From: the human T2T-CHM13v2.0 reference genome, Homo sapiens
Length of the DNA: 64,000 bases
Strand: one strand, 5' to 3'
NCBI RefSeq assembly: GCF_009914755.1
Contig: NC_060941.1
The notes under the pieces were generated by a model that saw nothing but the letters and a program-made list of their open reading frames with translations, did no database searches and was not told the origin of the DNA. Each line of letters opens with the position of its first letter. The first letter of the stretch is position 1. Of this stretch, positions 1 to 15,949 are shown piece by piece. The translations under genes and the position numbers were made by a program.

Positions 1-170
1 ATAGCAAAGCTCCTATCCTGCCCTTTATATTAATGCGTTTAGAGCCTCACTCCATTTCCCTGGCGGCTTGGACTTTCTCAATTTTTTCACTTCTGGCCAC
101 CTTGTGCAGATGTTTCCAGAATGGGGAATCTTTAATCCTATTTCTGCCCAAGTTCATTCCTGGGTAGTTC

Positions 171-581
171 TATTATAGTTTGGATATTTGTTTCCTCCAA
201 ATCGTATGTTGAAATTTACCCTCAGTGTTGGAGGTGGGGCCTAACGGGGGCAGATCCTTCGTGAATGGATTTAATGCCCTCCCTCAGGGGTGAATGAGCT
301 CTTGAGCTCTATTAATCTCAGGGAGAGCTGGTTGTTAAAAAGAGCCTGAACATCCCCTGTCTCTCTTGCCTCCTGTCTCAGCATGTAAACACTGCACAGG
401 CCAGCTTCCCTTCCCCTTCCACCACAAGAAGAAGCCACTTGAGGTCTCACCAGAAGCAGAGCAGATGCCAGCATCATGCTTTCAGTGCAGCCTGCAGACC
501 GTGAGCCAAACAGACCTCTTTTCTTTATAAATTACCCACTCTCAGGTGTTCCTTTATAGCTACACGAAACAGACCAAGACA
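171..581 (+). mobile_element. MaLR solo LTR (MSTB-like)
   Basis: Starts TATTATAGTTTGGATATTTG and ends ...TTTATAAATTACCCACTCTCAGGTGTTCCTTTATAGC...CAGACCAAGACA, as in MST LTRs; flanks AGTTC/AGCTC resemble a 5-bp TSD. Confidence 0.85.
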
Positions 582-1131
582 AGCTCCCTTCCTCCATTTG
601 TCACAACCGTTGAGACACTTGTTTTCCTGGTTTTGTTTGTCTTAGTTGTTTTTGACTTTGCCTGGTCTTCTTCCTCAGTTGTTATCTATATTTAGGAGCA
701 TGTATTTCACAGGGATAAAATATTCACTAACGAATACTTCTATTTTATTTTCACCCACATTTTAAAAAGATACAATTCTCGCTTTTGTGGTAGCAAATGT
801 AAGAGATTTTCATTACTAAATGGCATTTTATACATTTTTCTTATAGGAATTGATTGATGTACATATTTCTAACTTCCTATATGGATCGCTTCCTCACATT
901 TTCTTACCTTAAAGAATGACTTTTGTAGTTCTTGACAGATGAAAGGGCTTTTCTCAGAGACTGTAGCAGGAAGACAGAGCAGGTGTGGGGGTTCCTTAGA
1001 AGGGGAGGGCTGGGGGGGCAAGTTGCATGACACACCTCCTCAGCTGGCTCCTGGGAATGAAGACAAGGGGCTGTTTAACTACAGACACACTCAGCACCAT
1101 GAGAAAGCTAAAACAAACAAACAAAAATCTA

Positions 1132-3765
<2,634 letters not shown>

Positions 3766-3766
<1 letters not shown>

Positions 3767-4400
3767 TTAACTCCTGTTTCTCTGGAATAGTCTCGTAAAC
3801 TTCAGGTTCTTTGTCAATGAGAGACTGCTTGGAGGCTAAGCCTGCTCTGAGGGGCTGCAGCTACCCTGCCCCTGGCAGTGTCTTTGACTGCAAGGCGTGG
3901 ATAAAGCCGGAGATTTTTCGATGGAGCAGAGGCCAGCTGGGTGGTTGCACTGACTCGTGATAACCCTGGTGGCAGTGCTGGAGGCCGGTGAGGTGGTGAA
4001 GGGCATGGCGCTTCGGACATGGGCCCTTCCTACGTGCAGGACCTCCTGGGGTGCAGAGGCTAATTTCATCTTGTATGGATGATGTTCCTCTTCCTCCGTC
4101 ACCAGATACCAGATTTTATCTTCAGATCTGGCTCCCATAAGAGTCATGTCATCTGCGCTGTTTTTGATTTTGTTCTGAGCTTCCCACTGTGCCCTATGGC
4201 TGGTGTTTCCCCAGTCCATGGCTGTGATTACATCTCCGATACACAAATTAGCTACAGCAGCCTTGCTTCTGGGGGTGACCTGGAAATGGAGAGGATGCTT
4301 GAAGTCCTTGCTCCCCATGATGCAGAAGCCCCATGGTCCCGGGCCCTGAGGGACTGTCTACTGGGTGATCGTGGCATGGGGACAGGCTTGCAGGACAAGA
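3766..4400 (-). pseudogene. PDLIM1: Processed pseudogene of PDLIM1 (PDZ and ZM regions only; 3'/LIM half absent). Symbol given is the parent gene; possibly PDLIM1P2, unverified
   Basis: ORF 3836-4318 reads ...VTPRSKAAVANLCIGDVITAMD...HPYKMKLASAPQEVLHVGRAHVRSAMPFTTSPASSTATRVIT, matching PDLIM1 without introns. Start codon is ACG (4370-4372), codon 5 is TAG, and there are frameshifts. Homology ends at IDKEPEVYETIPEKQEL(N). Confidence 0.95.
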
Positions 4401-4655
4401 ACACTGGTCATACCAAGAGAACCTGCTCTGAAAATTGAATTTTCCACAAGCCTAGCTGCTGAAAAGGCCCGTTGTAACCTGAGGACCAGTTTAAGCTCAT
4501 ATTTTCTCAAACACACTGCCCTGACTCGAAGACTAACCTTACCTCCAGCTGTCACTCACCAGTCAGAGCTCGCCAGCTCCCAGAAGCTTCTCCAGAGCCA
4601 ATGTGCTTTCTTTCCAAACAATACCTAACATTTCTCTAATAAAACTCTCACCTTT

Positions 4656-6514
4656 TTTAAAAAAAAACTTTTATTTTAGGTTTGAAGGTGCATGTTCAGG
4701 TTTGTTATCAGTTTACATAGGTGAACTCGTGTCATGGGCATTTGTTGTACAGAATTTTTTCATCACCCAGGTATTAAACCCAGTACCCACTAGTTATCTT
4801 TTCTGCTCCTCTCCCTCCTCCCACCCTCCACCCTCAAGTAAGCCCCATTGTGTGTTGTTCCCCTCTATGTGTCCATGTGTTGTGATCATTTAGCTCCCAC
4901 TTATAAGTGAGAACATGTGGTATCTGGTTTTCTGTTTCTGCCTAGTTTGCTAAGGATAATGGCCTCCCACTCCATCCATGTTCCTGAAAAAGATGATCTC
5001 ATTTTTTATGGCTGCATAGTGTTCCATGGTGTATATATGCCACATGTTCTTTATCTAATCTGTCATTGATGGTCATTTAAGTTGATTCCATGTCTTCGCT
5101 ATTGTGAACAGTGCTGCAATGAATATTTGTGTGCATGTGTTTTTAAAGTACAATGATTTATATTCCTCTGGGTATATAAATTCCAAATGGGATTGCTGAG
5201 TCAAATGGTAGCTCTGTTTTTAGCTCTTTGAGGAATTGCCACACTGCTTTCTTCAATGGTTGAACTAATTTGCACTCCCACCAACAGTGTATAAGCGTTC
5301 CCTTTCCTCCAGCATCTGTCATTTTGTGACTTTTTAATAATAACCATTCTGACTTGTGTGAGAAGATATCTCATTGTGGTTTTGTTTTGCGTTTCTCTAA
5401 TGATCAGTGATATTGAGCTTTTTTTTCATATGCTTGTTGGCCATATGTATGTCTTCTTTTGAAAAGTGTCTCTTCATGTCCTTTGCCCAGTTTTTAATGG
5501 GGTTGTTTTTCTCTTGTAAATTTCTTTAAGTTCCGTAGAGATGCTGAATATTATGTCTTTGTCAGATGCATAGTTTGCAAATATTTTCTCCTATTCTGTA
5601 GGTTTTCTGTTTACTTTGTTGATGGCTTCTTTTGCTCTGCAGAGGCTCTTAAGTTTAATTAGATTCCATCTGTCAAATTTTGCTTTTGTTGCAATTGCTT
5701 TTGGTGTCTTCATCATGAAATTTTTGTCCGTTTCTATGTCCAGGATGGTATTGCCTAGGTTGTCTTCCAGGGTTTTTACAGTTTTGGGTTTTGCATTTTA
5801 GTCTTTAATCCAGCAGTCCACAACCTTTTTGGCACCAGGGACTGACTCTGTGGAAGACAATGTTCCCACAGAGAGCAGTAGGCAGGGAGATGATTTCGGG
5901 ATGAAACTGTTCCACTTCAGATCATCAGGTATTAGTTAGATTCTCAAAAGGAGTGCACAACCTAGATCCCTCACATGTGCATTTCACGATAGGGTTTGCA
6001 CTCTTATGAGAATCTAATGCTGCTGCTGATCTGATGGGAGGTGGAGCTCAGGTGGTAATGCTTGCTTACCAGCCACTCACCTCCTGCTGCACGGCCTGGT
6101 CCCTAACAAGCCACAGAATGGTACCAGTCCATTGCCCAGGGGTTGGGGACCTCTGCTTTAATCCATCTTGAGTTAATTTTTGTATATGGTGAGAGGAAGG
6201 GGTCCAGTTTCAATCTTCTGCATATGGCTAGCCAGCTATCCCAGCACCATTTATTGAATAGAGAATCCTTTCCCCAGTGCTTGTTTTTGTCAGGTTTGTC
6301 AAAGATCAGATACTTGTAAGTACGCGGCCTTATTTCTGGGTTCTCTATTCTGTTCCATTGGTCTATATGCCTGTTTTTGTCCCGGTACCATGCTGTTTTG
6401 ATTACTGTAGCCCTGTAATACTGTTTGAAGTCAGGTAGCGTGATGCCTCCAGCTTTGTTCTTTCTGCTTAGGATTGCCCCTGGGCTATTCTGGTTCCATA
6501 TGAATTTTAAAATA
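4656..6514 (-). mobile_element. 5'-truncated L1PA-type element (older L1PA), ORF2 C-terminus plus 3'UTR
   Basis: ORF 6103-6582 contains L1 ORF2 [26 protein letters not shown]...[11 protein letters not shown]; TSD AAAACTCTCA(C/A)CTTT at 4641-4655 and 6515-6529. Confidence 0.95.
5811..6155 (+). mobile_element. MER1B (hAT-Charlie) inserted in the L1
   Basis: Termini CAGCAGTCCACAACCTTTTTGGCACCAGGGAC / GGTTGGGGACCTCTG; perfect 8-bp TSD CTTTAATC at 5803-5810 and 6156-6163. Confidence 0.9.
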
Positions 6515-9500
6515 AAAACTCTCAACTTTCTCTTTGTTCTTGGAACACACTGAAGACCACCCGATCTGTGAGTATGCCCCACTTTGCCATTCTTGCCTCC
6601 TAAATAATCAGTGTTAAGTTTAGAGAGTCATCTCTATATTTTATTTGACTTCAGCAATGTAAACTGTGAGTCAGAGCTGCAGTGGTGGAGGCTGCAACCT
6701 TGGCAGCGGGAAGGTCAGTTCACAGGGTTTCTCGGCATGCTCCTCCTGTGTCCCCACCGTCTATAGGTGCCCTCCATCATACATGTGCCCTTGGCTTGTA
6801 GACTGGCCTGATCTTTCCAGAACTATTTTTGGTCATGCCTCATGCATGAGCTTGTGCCTGAGCACAATGATGTGAAAATTAATTTAGTCATATCTTGTCC
6901 AAACTAAAAACATTGAACCATTTTAAAGGAAAGCAGCTTCCCAATGTTGCCATATATTGTTTTAAAATAATTGTAAAAAGTAGTTGCTCACGTAACAGCA
7001 CTGGGCCTGCCATTGACCTTGCACGAGATGCCTCACACACATCTGAGAGGCTGTTACTGTGGACGCAGTCCTCAGTGCTGCTGCTGCATGGGACCCTGCT
7101 TCAGAGGAGCTCTGCAACAGCAAAAGTGCCAAGCAGATCGAAGAGGACACAGCAGGACCATGTGGGGCCCTCCTCCCAGTGGTCAGTTACATCTTTTGGT
7201 ATCATGGTGGAGGTTGGGGGTGCCCCTGAGCTTCCTGTGCCCCCTTCCCATGCCCACTGTACCCACCATGACAAGCTGAGCATGTTTCTGTAGCCATCCT
7301 CTACCCTGAGTAGATACTCTGCATTTTTACTGTGCAATGCTTTCAGGACTGTGCCTCTGTGGTCACCCCTGTCGTCCAGCTCCGTTATGGCCATGGGAAC
7401 CAGAACCTGGCATGTTCCAGCACCTCATTCTGCAGTTAGAAATCAACAAAACCTCCCAAATGGGAGAGGAGGGCCTAAAACCCTTGGGAAATTTCCTTTG
7501 CGAGATTTTCATGAGACTTGGAATGTCCTGAAGTTTAATATGTGAAGGTATTTGAATGACACATAGAACTCCGTGTAAGACAGGTGTAGCCAAAAGAGAA
7601 AACCATTCATGTCAACAGTCTCCCTCGTGCTCTTTCAGAGACCCTCTGAATTATAGCACCCAGAGGCCCTGGATGTCTTGGGAGCGGATGAGCCCCATGC
7701 ACAGGCAGGAGAGTGGCGCATTCTCTGGGTAACGAAGTATCCTATAGCTAGAAGATTAGAAACAATTCTACATGAAACATTTGAAAGTATCTTTTGATCA
7801 GTTTATTTATTTCTGAAGACATAGATTTCCTTTGGGAAACAGTAGCCCAGAGAAAGGTCTCCACAACCAAAAAGCACTGTGAATTGTTAGTTGCATTTTG
7901 CCTGGTCACGTGAGTGAATTTCCTCCTGGATTGCATTGAATCTGCACTGTTTTGGAGACTGGCAGATCCGTCGTTGATAAAGCCACATGTGCAGGGTCAT
8001 CATCAGTTGATGTACTTCCATCCTAGCTGATACTGTTGATTTTTCCCTGCCAGGAAGCTTCCTGACACAGCCTGCACCCCAGTGGACTTCCCAAAGCAAG
8101 TTGAGTCTGACTTCGCACCCCTGACATCAGAATCATCTGACTTCTGGGCACGCCACTGAATACTGATGTACCTGAAGGAACCCTGGGTACCAAACATGCT
8201 CAAGTGAATGAATGGTGTCCAGGACAAAGCCCAGCAGGTGTCCAGACAATGGCCTCCCACCAGAGATCTTGTCAGCACGCCGCTCTGAGCACTGTGTGCC
8301 TTAGTGTCTTTGTGTCCTGGTTGCAATGAAGTCTTTCTCCATAATGTCAGTTTTTATACTTTTTGACCTAGTAGGACATCAGATGATGAATTTTCATGTG
8401 ATATGAATTCAGCCTAGGTATGTCTTAGGATTGGTTTAGAGGGAAGACTGAAGCAGGTGAAATGGCAACCCCTTGAATACACATCTGTAATAAATTGAAA
8501 AATATTCATCATGATTTAATGGTATCTTTTAAAATAGGAAACAAAATATTTCCTGTTCATTAGAATCGTTACATCAACTAAAGTCATCATAACTAAAATC
8601 ATCATTACATCAACTAAAATACAAAATATGGAATCTAATCTGATCTTCAGCAGATGTTGGCATTTCTTTAAGTACACATCTTCACTTCTGCAGTGCACTA
8701 ACAGAGACTCAAGAATGACAAAGGGAAAAAAAAGGCAAAATTAGGAAAAAGGGAGACATTTTGTAGTTGATGTTGGATACACTGGATGGACTATCCATTT
8801 GATATACCTTCTCATTGATAGAATAGGAGACTTCAGGTTTCACAAAGGCAAATCGTGTTTCATGAGAAAAAGCAACAGAAAAATATCGATAATAAAAATA
8901 TTTTAGTGTTTTATGAAGAACTGTATGTAGCTTGAATCTTTAATTAAATAAGTGTTTTCTTTTGCATGTAAAATAGAATTCAGCCTTTCCTAACTCAGGA
9001 CAGCAATGGGCTGAAGACACTGCTGGGCCCATCCTGCCACCTGCTGGGAGGCCTTGTTCCCTCAAAAGCCTTGGTTTGGAAGGATGATTGGAAAATAGCT
9101 TTACACACCCACCCTTTATTGTGTTTTTATTCACAAAGCCTTAATATACCGCCATACTTCATGTAGTTGATTTTTCACATCTCTGATAAGTTTTTAAATG
9201 TCAGTATTCCTACTAAAGTCTCTCTCTCTGTCCTGTGTTCTATGTTCTAGGGTGTATGAAGAAAGGGCTTCAGCAGAAACAGAGGCTGAAGCCTGCGTGC
9301 TGGGGGCCGAGAGGCCAGAGGAGAATGTGATGAGACATAGAATTGGTAGTGCAGGAAGTTGGAAGATCAAGTACCGTGATGTTGGTGCTGGCTGCTTGTG
9401 TTAAACTGCCTAGGTTTTAATCTACGGTAATTTTCGCCCACCTGTGGGGCTCCCCTGGTGCCCCAGCTGTGATGGGGTAACTGAACTGCCACCAGGGCCA

Positions 9501-10347
9501 AGCTGTCAGTGGCCCAGGATCTGGCGCTTGGAAGAGTTCTGAGAAGCACCCCTGGATCAAATGAGGAGAAACAGACTTCATCCATACCTATTCCCATTGT
9601 ATTTAAAGAAGTGAATATTCTCAGGGATTTCCACAGTTTTAAAAGTGTCTTTCAATTAAAACATTTAAAATAAAATAAGGTTGAGGTAACAACCAAGTTA
9701 CACTTCTTCCAGCAGCACCCAGACAGCGAGAGCCCTCAGATTTTAGAATTTTAGAAGAGAAGATTGTGGCCATGTCTGGAATTCAAAGAAGAACCAGTGA
9801 GAAGAGCTAGATAGAACTGATGGATGCTGAAACATCTAATATTAAAATAGAAGGGCAACCCTAAATGATAATATAAAATTACAATATTAATGGTAGAGTA
9901 ATTAAGGAAGCCATTAATGTTGAATTATGTATGTGTATGTTAAACCTATAAATTAAAATATCATGAACATTATACCATCTGTGCTGGTTTCAGTAATGCT
10001 GTTATAAAATAATTATTAAACTGTATGAATGACTTTTTATTAATATAAAATTATAAATTGCTATTGTCAAATAGAACTTTAAATTTGAATAAAAAGAATA
10101 TATTATTACTAATATGTTAGACTTTGATAAAATATGAAATTTAAACAACATTTTAATAAAATGCTAAGTTTCCCAGTAATATTTATATGAAGTTATTTGA
10201 GATACTGTTTGTTCAACAAATAATGTGACAGTGTCTAGTGTTGGCACTGTTTGATTAAGTGGTGGAAAAATAAAACATTTGCAAGGAAATGGGTTATTTC
10301 AAGTTATATTTTAATGTCCTTTTATTTCCACATAATAAAATCTTTAT

Positions 10348-10695
<348 letters not shown>

Positions 10696-10929
10696 TCAAT
10701 ATTGATTAATATCCTCATCTGAATTTTAAGTGATTCATATAATGGCAGACTGTAAATATATTACTTAGAGATAAAGAGGACTTTATTTAAATATTCAAGT
10801 TATTGTCAACTAGACTATTTTAATGTAAATCTTGTGGCTCATGTCATATGTTATTAATATTAACTTTAATTTTTATAATAATTGTGTGCATTTCAATGTA
10901 TGCATTTCATTTTAGGTAATTTTGCAATT

Positions 10930-11073
10930 TTTTATTTTTATTTTTATCTTTTTAGAGATGATGGCTCACTATATTGCCCAGGCTGGTCTTGAACTCCCAG
11001 GCTCAAGCGATACTCCTACCGCAGTCTCCCAAAGTGCTGCTGCGAATACAGGCGTGAGCCACTGCGCCCGGCT
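10930..11073 (-). mobile_element. Alu monomer (FLAM-like)
   Basis: Single left-arm monomer flanked by ATTTTGCAATTTT repeats. Confidence 0.8.
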
Positions 11074-11389
11074 CCGATTTTGCAATTTTAATTGTTCTGC
11101 AAAAGTTTCCTCTGAATATTCATCATTCTGCAGTGTGTGAATGAACACAGCCTGAAATGTTGAGAGACTTGAGATAGAGTTTAAAATATGGTGATTTTAT
11201 TCCTCGTGTGTCTTCCAGGTGAGAATCCACACGTTATCACATGAACCAGTGATGTGTGTCATAAGGAAATTAAGAAACAAACCTATACTATTTTTGCTAC
11301 CCTTATTCTCTGGAAAATGAACTGTAATAGATTTCTAGAATTAATTTTTGATGCTAAAAATATTATCATTCCAATTCAATAGTGAGAAC

Positions 11390-12200
11390 AGCGCCGCGTT
11401 CTGTGCTACGCTAGGGGGAGCACCCACTTTGGTAATGAACATCGTTCCCTGTTCGTCTTTAGTGAATTAAGGGCCGGATGAGGAAGTGGGAAATAGGAGG
11501 AAGCTGTGCCTCCCCGGAGGAGCACGTGCCCTCAGAGCCATAAGGCAGGAGCAGAGGCTGCCTGAGTTTGCAGCGCGAGGCCAGGGGGCTTCCCTGGGAC
11601 TCGGCGACCGCCCTGTGCGCTCGGACGCGCAGGCAAATCCCCGCTCCGCTGCGCCTGGTGTGCACGGAGCCCTCCTACTTGCTTCCTACGCCGCTTATCC
11701 GTTTATCTGCATCGTAAAAGCCAGCGTTACTTTGTTTTCGTTTCAACTACTTTTCCAGTGCCACGGGATTTCATGCAAAGTGCCTTAGACGGTAGAAATG
11801 CCTACTCCTCTCGTTTCCTTATTCCTGGAATGCGCTCACATGCGGCCACGTAGGGACCTGGGACGCTCAGCCCTTTCTGCGCCCTTGCCCTCTCCGGGGC
11901 GGCATCTGGCAAGGAGGGCGGCCCAACACCGCAAGCCTGATCCCAGGGGCTGACCTCTGGACGGTCTCAGGGACTGACTAGGGATGCGGCCGCGGGAGGG
12001 GGCAGCCGAGCGGGGAGAGGACTGGGGGAGGGGCGCGGGGTGTGCTCTTGGGGCAGGGCGGGGCAAGGGTGGCTTCGGGAGGGACTGGGAGGGGGCGGCC
12101 CTAAGAGAGCGGTTGGGCTCCCTGGCTGCCTGTACACTGGTGCTTTTTTCTTTGCTAACGCCCTGGATGTCACCAGCCCAGTTTGCTCATCTCGCCGGCA
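11390..12200. promoter_or_regulatory. CpG-rich promoter-like island
   Basis: Visibly high CpG density against AT-rich left flank; GC boxes (GGGCGGGGC ~12056); possible minus-strand donor CAT|GTGAGC at ~11839. Confidence 0.55.
11405..11423 (+). promoter_or_regulatory. Candidate CTCF motif (weaker)
   Basis: GCTACGCTAGGGGGAGCAC versus core CCASYAGRKGGCRS; two core deviations. Confidence 0.45.
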
Positions 12201-13860
12201 GCCCCACTGTGGTTCCGTTATTTTCTGAGAGATTTTCCCTTCCTTTCTCTTTTTGCCCTAGACCAGAACTGCGAGCAGACACCCCTAGCACCCCGGAAGA
12301 TGGGCTATGGTCTCCGGCCACCTCCTGCCCGTTTCTCATTAAAGCTTGAGAAGGAGGAGGGTGGCTGTGTCCCAGGAGCTGGGTTGGCACCCTCAGTGAG
12401 GTTGTGGGGCTCTCGTGGAGAACACAAACCATCCCTCAGGACAGCAGCAGCAGGCAAGACCCCAGATGGTCCTGATCAAGACAAAGACAAGCCACTCCAG
12501 CATCCTGTCTGAATACAGACAGATGGGAGCATCTCTCAGGCCAGGAGTGCCAGCCGTGTCCCCTCCCAGCCCACATGGTGACTGCTGCTTTGGCCTTGGT
12601 GACAGCCTGTCCTGCCCTTGTCAGGCCTCCCGGGGGATGAGGTTTATGAAGCTTCCAGTGTATACCTACCTCCTCCTGCTTCCTGACAGTGCTCAACTCA
12701 GAGCCAGCCCCCTCTCCCGTTAGTCCACCCCTGGCCAGCTGGCACACACACACAGCCTGCGGCAAGGCTCTTCCAAGCCTCTCACTGCACCCTCCACAGC
12801 GCCATGGCATATTCTTGCAGAATGGAACAGTAAATCCAGCTGTAGTTTAACAACAGGTGTGTCTCTGGTAGGCACACTAGGCAGCGGCTCATTGGCCTGT
12901 ATTTAAAATATGAACATGTGCATGACTGCAAAGGCCTAGATCCTCACTTTTTCCTACAAACCAGAATTGCTGTTCTCAAAGTTTAAACCACATTTGCAAT
13001 ACATGAGATCGATCCACAGCCTGAGTGGAAGGAGCCACATGCAGGGGATAGGGGGCCAGGCCACCCTTGGGCAGAGAATGTGGGTGCATGGAGAGGGTGT
13101 GTGGGGCAGGAAGGATCCCTGAGTGTTTCGAGCAAAGAGTGTGTGATCCTGCCTGCCCTTGGTGCCGTCCACTGGGGCTGGTCAGTGAGGCCGAGTCCAT
13201 CATGGTGGTGGGGACACATGGCAAAACTAGAAGCCCTGGGGGAGCTGGGGGAAGGGAGCAGGCACCCATTATGCTGCCGTTGCAGTTTTCTATAAGTTCT
13301 ATAATTATTTCAAAATAAAATATTTTAAAATGACCATGTCCCTAAAGGAGGGATAATAGTAAGCCTCACAATAGAGATTAGTCTGTACTCAGACCCACTT
13401 CAGCTCCAGCTGTGAAGCTTCTTCTGCTCTCCGATTCCAGAGCCTGATGGTGTTAAGGAGGCCCCTGTGGATGTTACAGCGATGTGGATGTTATGCTACA
13501 GACATCACAGTAATGACACTTTGGAGTCTCGGGTGATTTCCCCATTCTGTGCAGGCGGCAGGATTTTCCATTTCCCTTTTCCCACATGAGCCCTTCCCCT
13601 ACTGGGTATCTTGAGACTGACCACCCTTTGCCCCAGGCTGGAAGCCACAGAGAAGGCCATCTACTTGGGTTTCTCCCTTCCATGGAGCCTCCCTGCTTCT
13701 GTTCATCACCTGGGTCCCTCTCAAAGACCACAGAAGCTGCTCTCAGGTCTAATTTTCCATCTTGATTGTGCCAACAGTGAGTTTCACACATGTATGTTTC
13801 AGGCAGAGAGACGCTTGCACAGAGTGTGGGGATACCCTTGGTGGCTCTTTCCCCTCCGGG

Positions 13861-13995
13861 ATTCTTCCTTCTTTCTTCTTCTTCCTCCTCTTCTCCCTCC
13901 CCTCCTCTCCTTCTCCCTCCCTCCCCTCCCCTCTTCTCCTTCTCTCTCTCCCTTCCCTCCCCTCTCCCTCTCTTCCCCTCCCCCTCCCCTTCCTA
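13861..13995 (+). repeat. Polypyrimidine (CT-rich) low-complexity tract
   Basis: Almost pure C/T; immediately followed by an Alu fragment. Confidence 0.9.
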
Positions 13996-14172
13996 TTTGT
14001 CACCCAGGCTGAAGTAGCGAAATGACAGCTCACTGCAGCCTTGAACTCCTGGCCTCAAGTAATCCACCCGCCTCAGCCTCATGAGTAGCTGTGACTACAG
14101 GTGTGCGCCACCACTCCCGGCTACATTTTTATTTTTTGTAGAGATGGAACCTTGCTCTGTTGCCCAGGGTGG
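13996..14172 (-). mobile_element. Degenerate Alu fragment
   Basis: GTCACCCAGGCTG...CTCACTGCAGCCTTGAACTCCTGG...TTTTGTAGAGATGG. Confidence 0.8.
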
Positions 14173-15454
14173 CCTCAGTCCCTCTGGGATGCTACTGGGG
14201 AGTTACAGTGTCTCTGGGGCACAAGGGATTGACTTGATCATGACTGCCATTCCCCAGATGGTGACCCAGGTGCTTGAGAAGCTCATGCCTTTCCGGGCCC
14301 ATCTCAGAGGCAGTGGGGATGATCATCAAGGGTCTTCCTTGTGACTGATGGGGAGCAGCCATTCAGGGGCCCTGGTGGGGGCCCTGGCAGGGCACGGCCT
14401 GCCACACCATTCCAAAGGTTCAGATTGTGACCTGCACACTGCAGGTGTCCCTTGTCCATCCCTACAGGGAAGAGTATGGCCATCTCCATTAGGCAGTGCC
14501 TTGGGTGTCCAGATGGCTTCCAGGGGTGACACTGCAGGTCTGAGAGAACTTGGATTGGAGAAAGGAACTGGAGGGATGGAGCAAGATTGGGCTCATAGGC
14601 TCAGCATCCCCAGGGAGCTGTGGTGACATGAGCCCAAGTGGGAATAGGTGTCTCTGCCGCTGTGGGAGTCCCAAGTTGGTGCCTGGGGAGGGCAGGGCTG
14701 AGGGGTTGCTGGGAGGTGAGTGTTGAGAGGCCTAGGAGGCCACGTCCATGAATGGGTCTGGAGACCTGGGGGGCTGGGTCTGAGGGAACGGGAGCAGGTA
14801 TAACCGAGGGAGCTGGTGGGAGGACTCCAGCCCAGCTGTTCAGGGGAGCCCTGAGTCACTTTGGGGGTGTGAGGAGAGTGGAGGAAGTGGATGGTCCTGG
14901 TGCCTCAGGTGAGGGGGCGGGCTGCAGGGGGCCAGCCTTGTGAAATGCAGATCAACTTGGAGGTGAGCTCGGGAGCATGCAGGTGAGGACCCAAGAGACC
15001 GGGGGGTGCTGGGGCAGGTGGGGCAGAGAGACCAAAGACTGAGGCCCAGCAGGACCTGGGGTAGAGAAGAGAGGGTATAGGGAGGAAAAAGGGGGCAGCT
15101 TCACCAACTCATCAACTAAGGGATGGTTGGGGTGGGCCAGGAGCTAAGCAGGGGGTGGGGTGATGGGGGAGATGGAGCCCTCACGGGGCAGCGGGGCCCT
15201 GGGCACTGGTTTATGTATGAACAGGTGGGCAAGTCCTCTAGAGTCGTGGAAAGTAAACATGAAACCCACAACTGCACACACGTCGTCCCTCGTTTTTGTC
15301 ATGGCGTTAATCTCCAAGTGGCTTTGGTTCTTCCCCAGGCACAGAATGAAGCGACCCAGGTCATCACTGTCCTGGAGCTGCCCCTGCCTACTTTGACTTT
15401 TCTTCTTGGCCTGTATCTATGTCTGACACACACCAGTTAGTTTACGTGTAGGTC

Positions 15455-15911
15455 CATATGTTTATTGCGGCACTATTCACAATAGCAAAGACTTGGAACC
15501 AACCCAAATGTCCATCAATAACAGAGTAGATTAAGAAAATGTGGCATATATACACCACGGAATACTATGCAGCCATAAAAAAGATGAATTCATGTCCATT
15601 GCAGGGACATGGATTAAACTGGAAACCATCTTTCTCAGCAAACTATCACAAGGACAGAAAACCAAACACCGCATGTTCTCACTCATAAGTGGGAACTGAA
15701 CAATGAGAACACTTGGACACAGGGCGGGGAACATCACACACCAGGGCCAGTAGGGGAGGTGGGGGAGTGGGGGAGGGAAAGCATTAGGAGAAATACCTAA
15801 TGTAAATGACGAGTTTATGGGTGCAGCAAGCCAACATGGCACATGTATACCTATGTAACAAACCTGCACGTTGTGCACCTGTACCCTAGAACTTAAAGTA
15901 TACAAAAAAAA
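15455..15911 (+). mobile_element. L1PA 3' end, 5'-truncated
   Basis: Canonical L1PA 3'UTR ending ...CCTAGAACTTAAAGTATACAAAAAAAA; TSD-like TTTAC(G/C)TGTAG(G/A)TC on both sides. Confidence 0.95.
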
Positions 15912-15949
15912 TTTACCTGTAGATCAAGCCAGGGATGTGAACTCTGGGC

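Larger units (their letters stand above)
4410..6656 (+). mobile_element. Old ERV1 LTR (MER67/LTR54-like) split by an L1
   Basis: Segments ~4410-4655 and 6515-6656 join across the L1 TSD and end ...TATTTTATTTGACTTCAGCA; left boundary and subfamily uncertain. Confidence 0.5.

Noticed and set aside
3836-4318. 160-aa PDZ-like ORF as a live gene
   Set aside because: Internal piece of a frameshifted PDLIM1 retrocopy with a lost start codon and an early stop.
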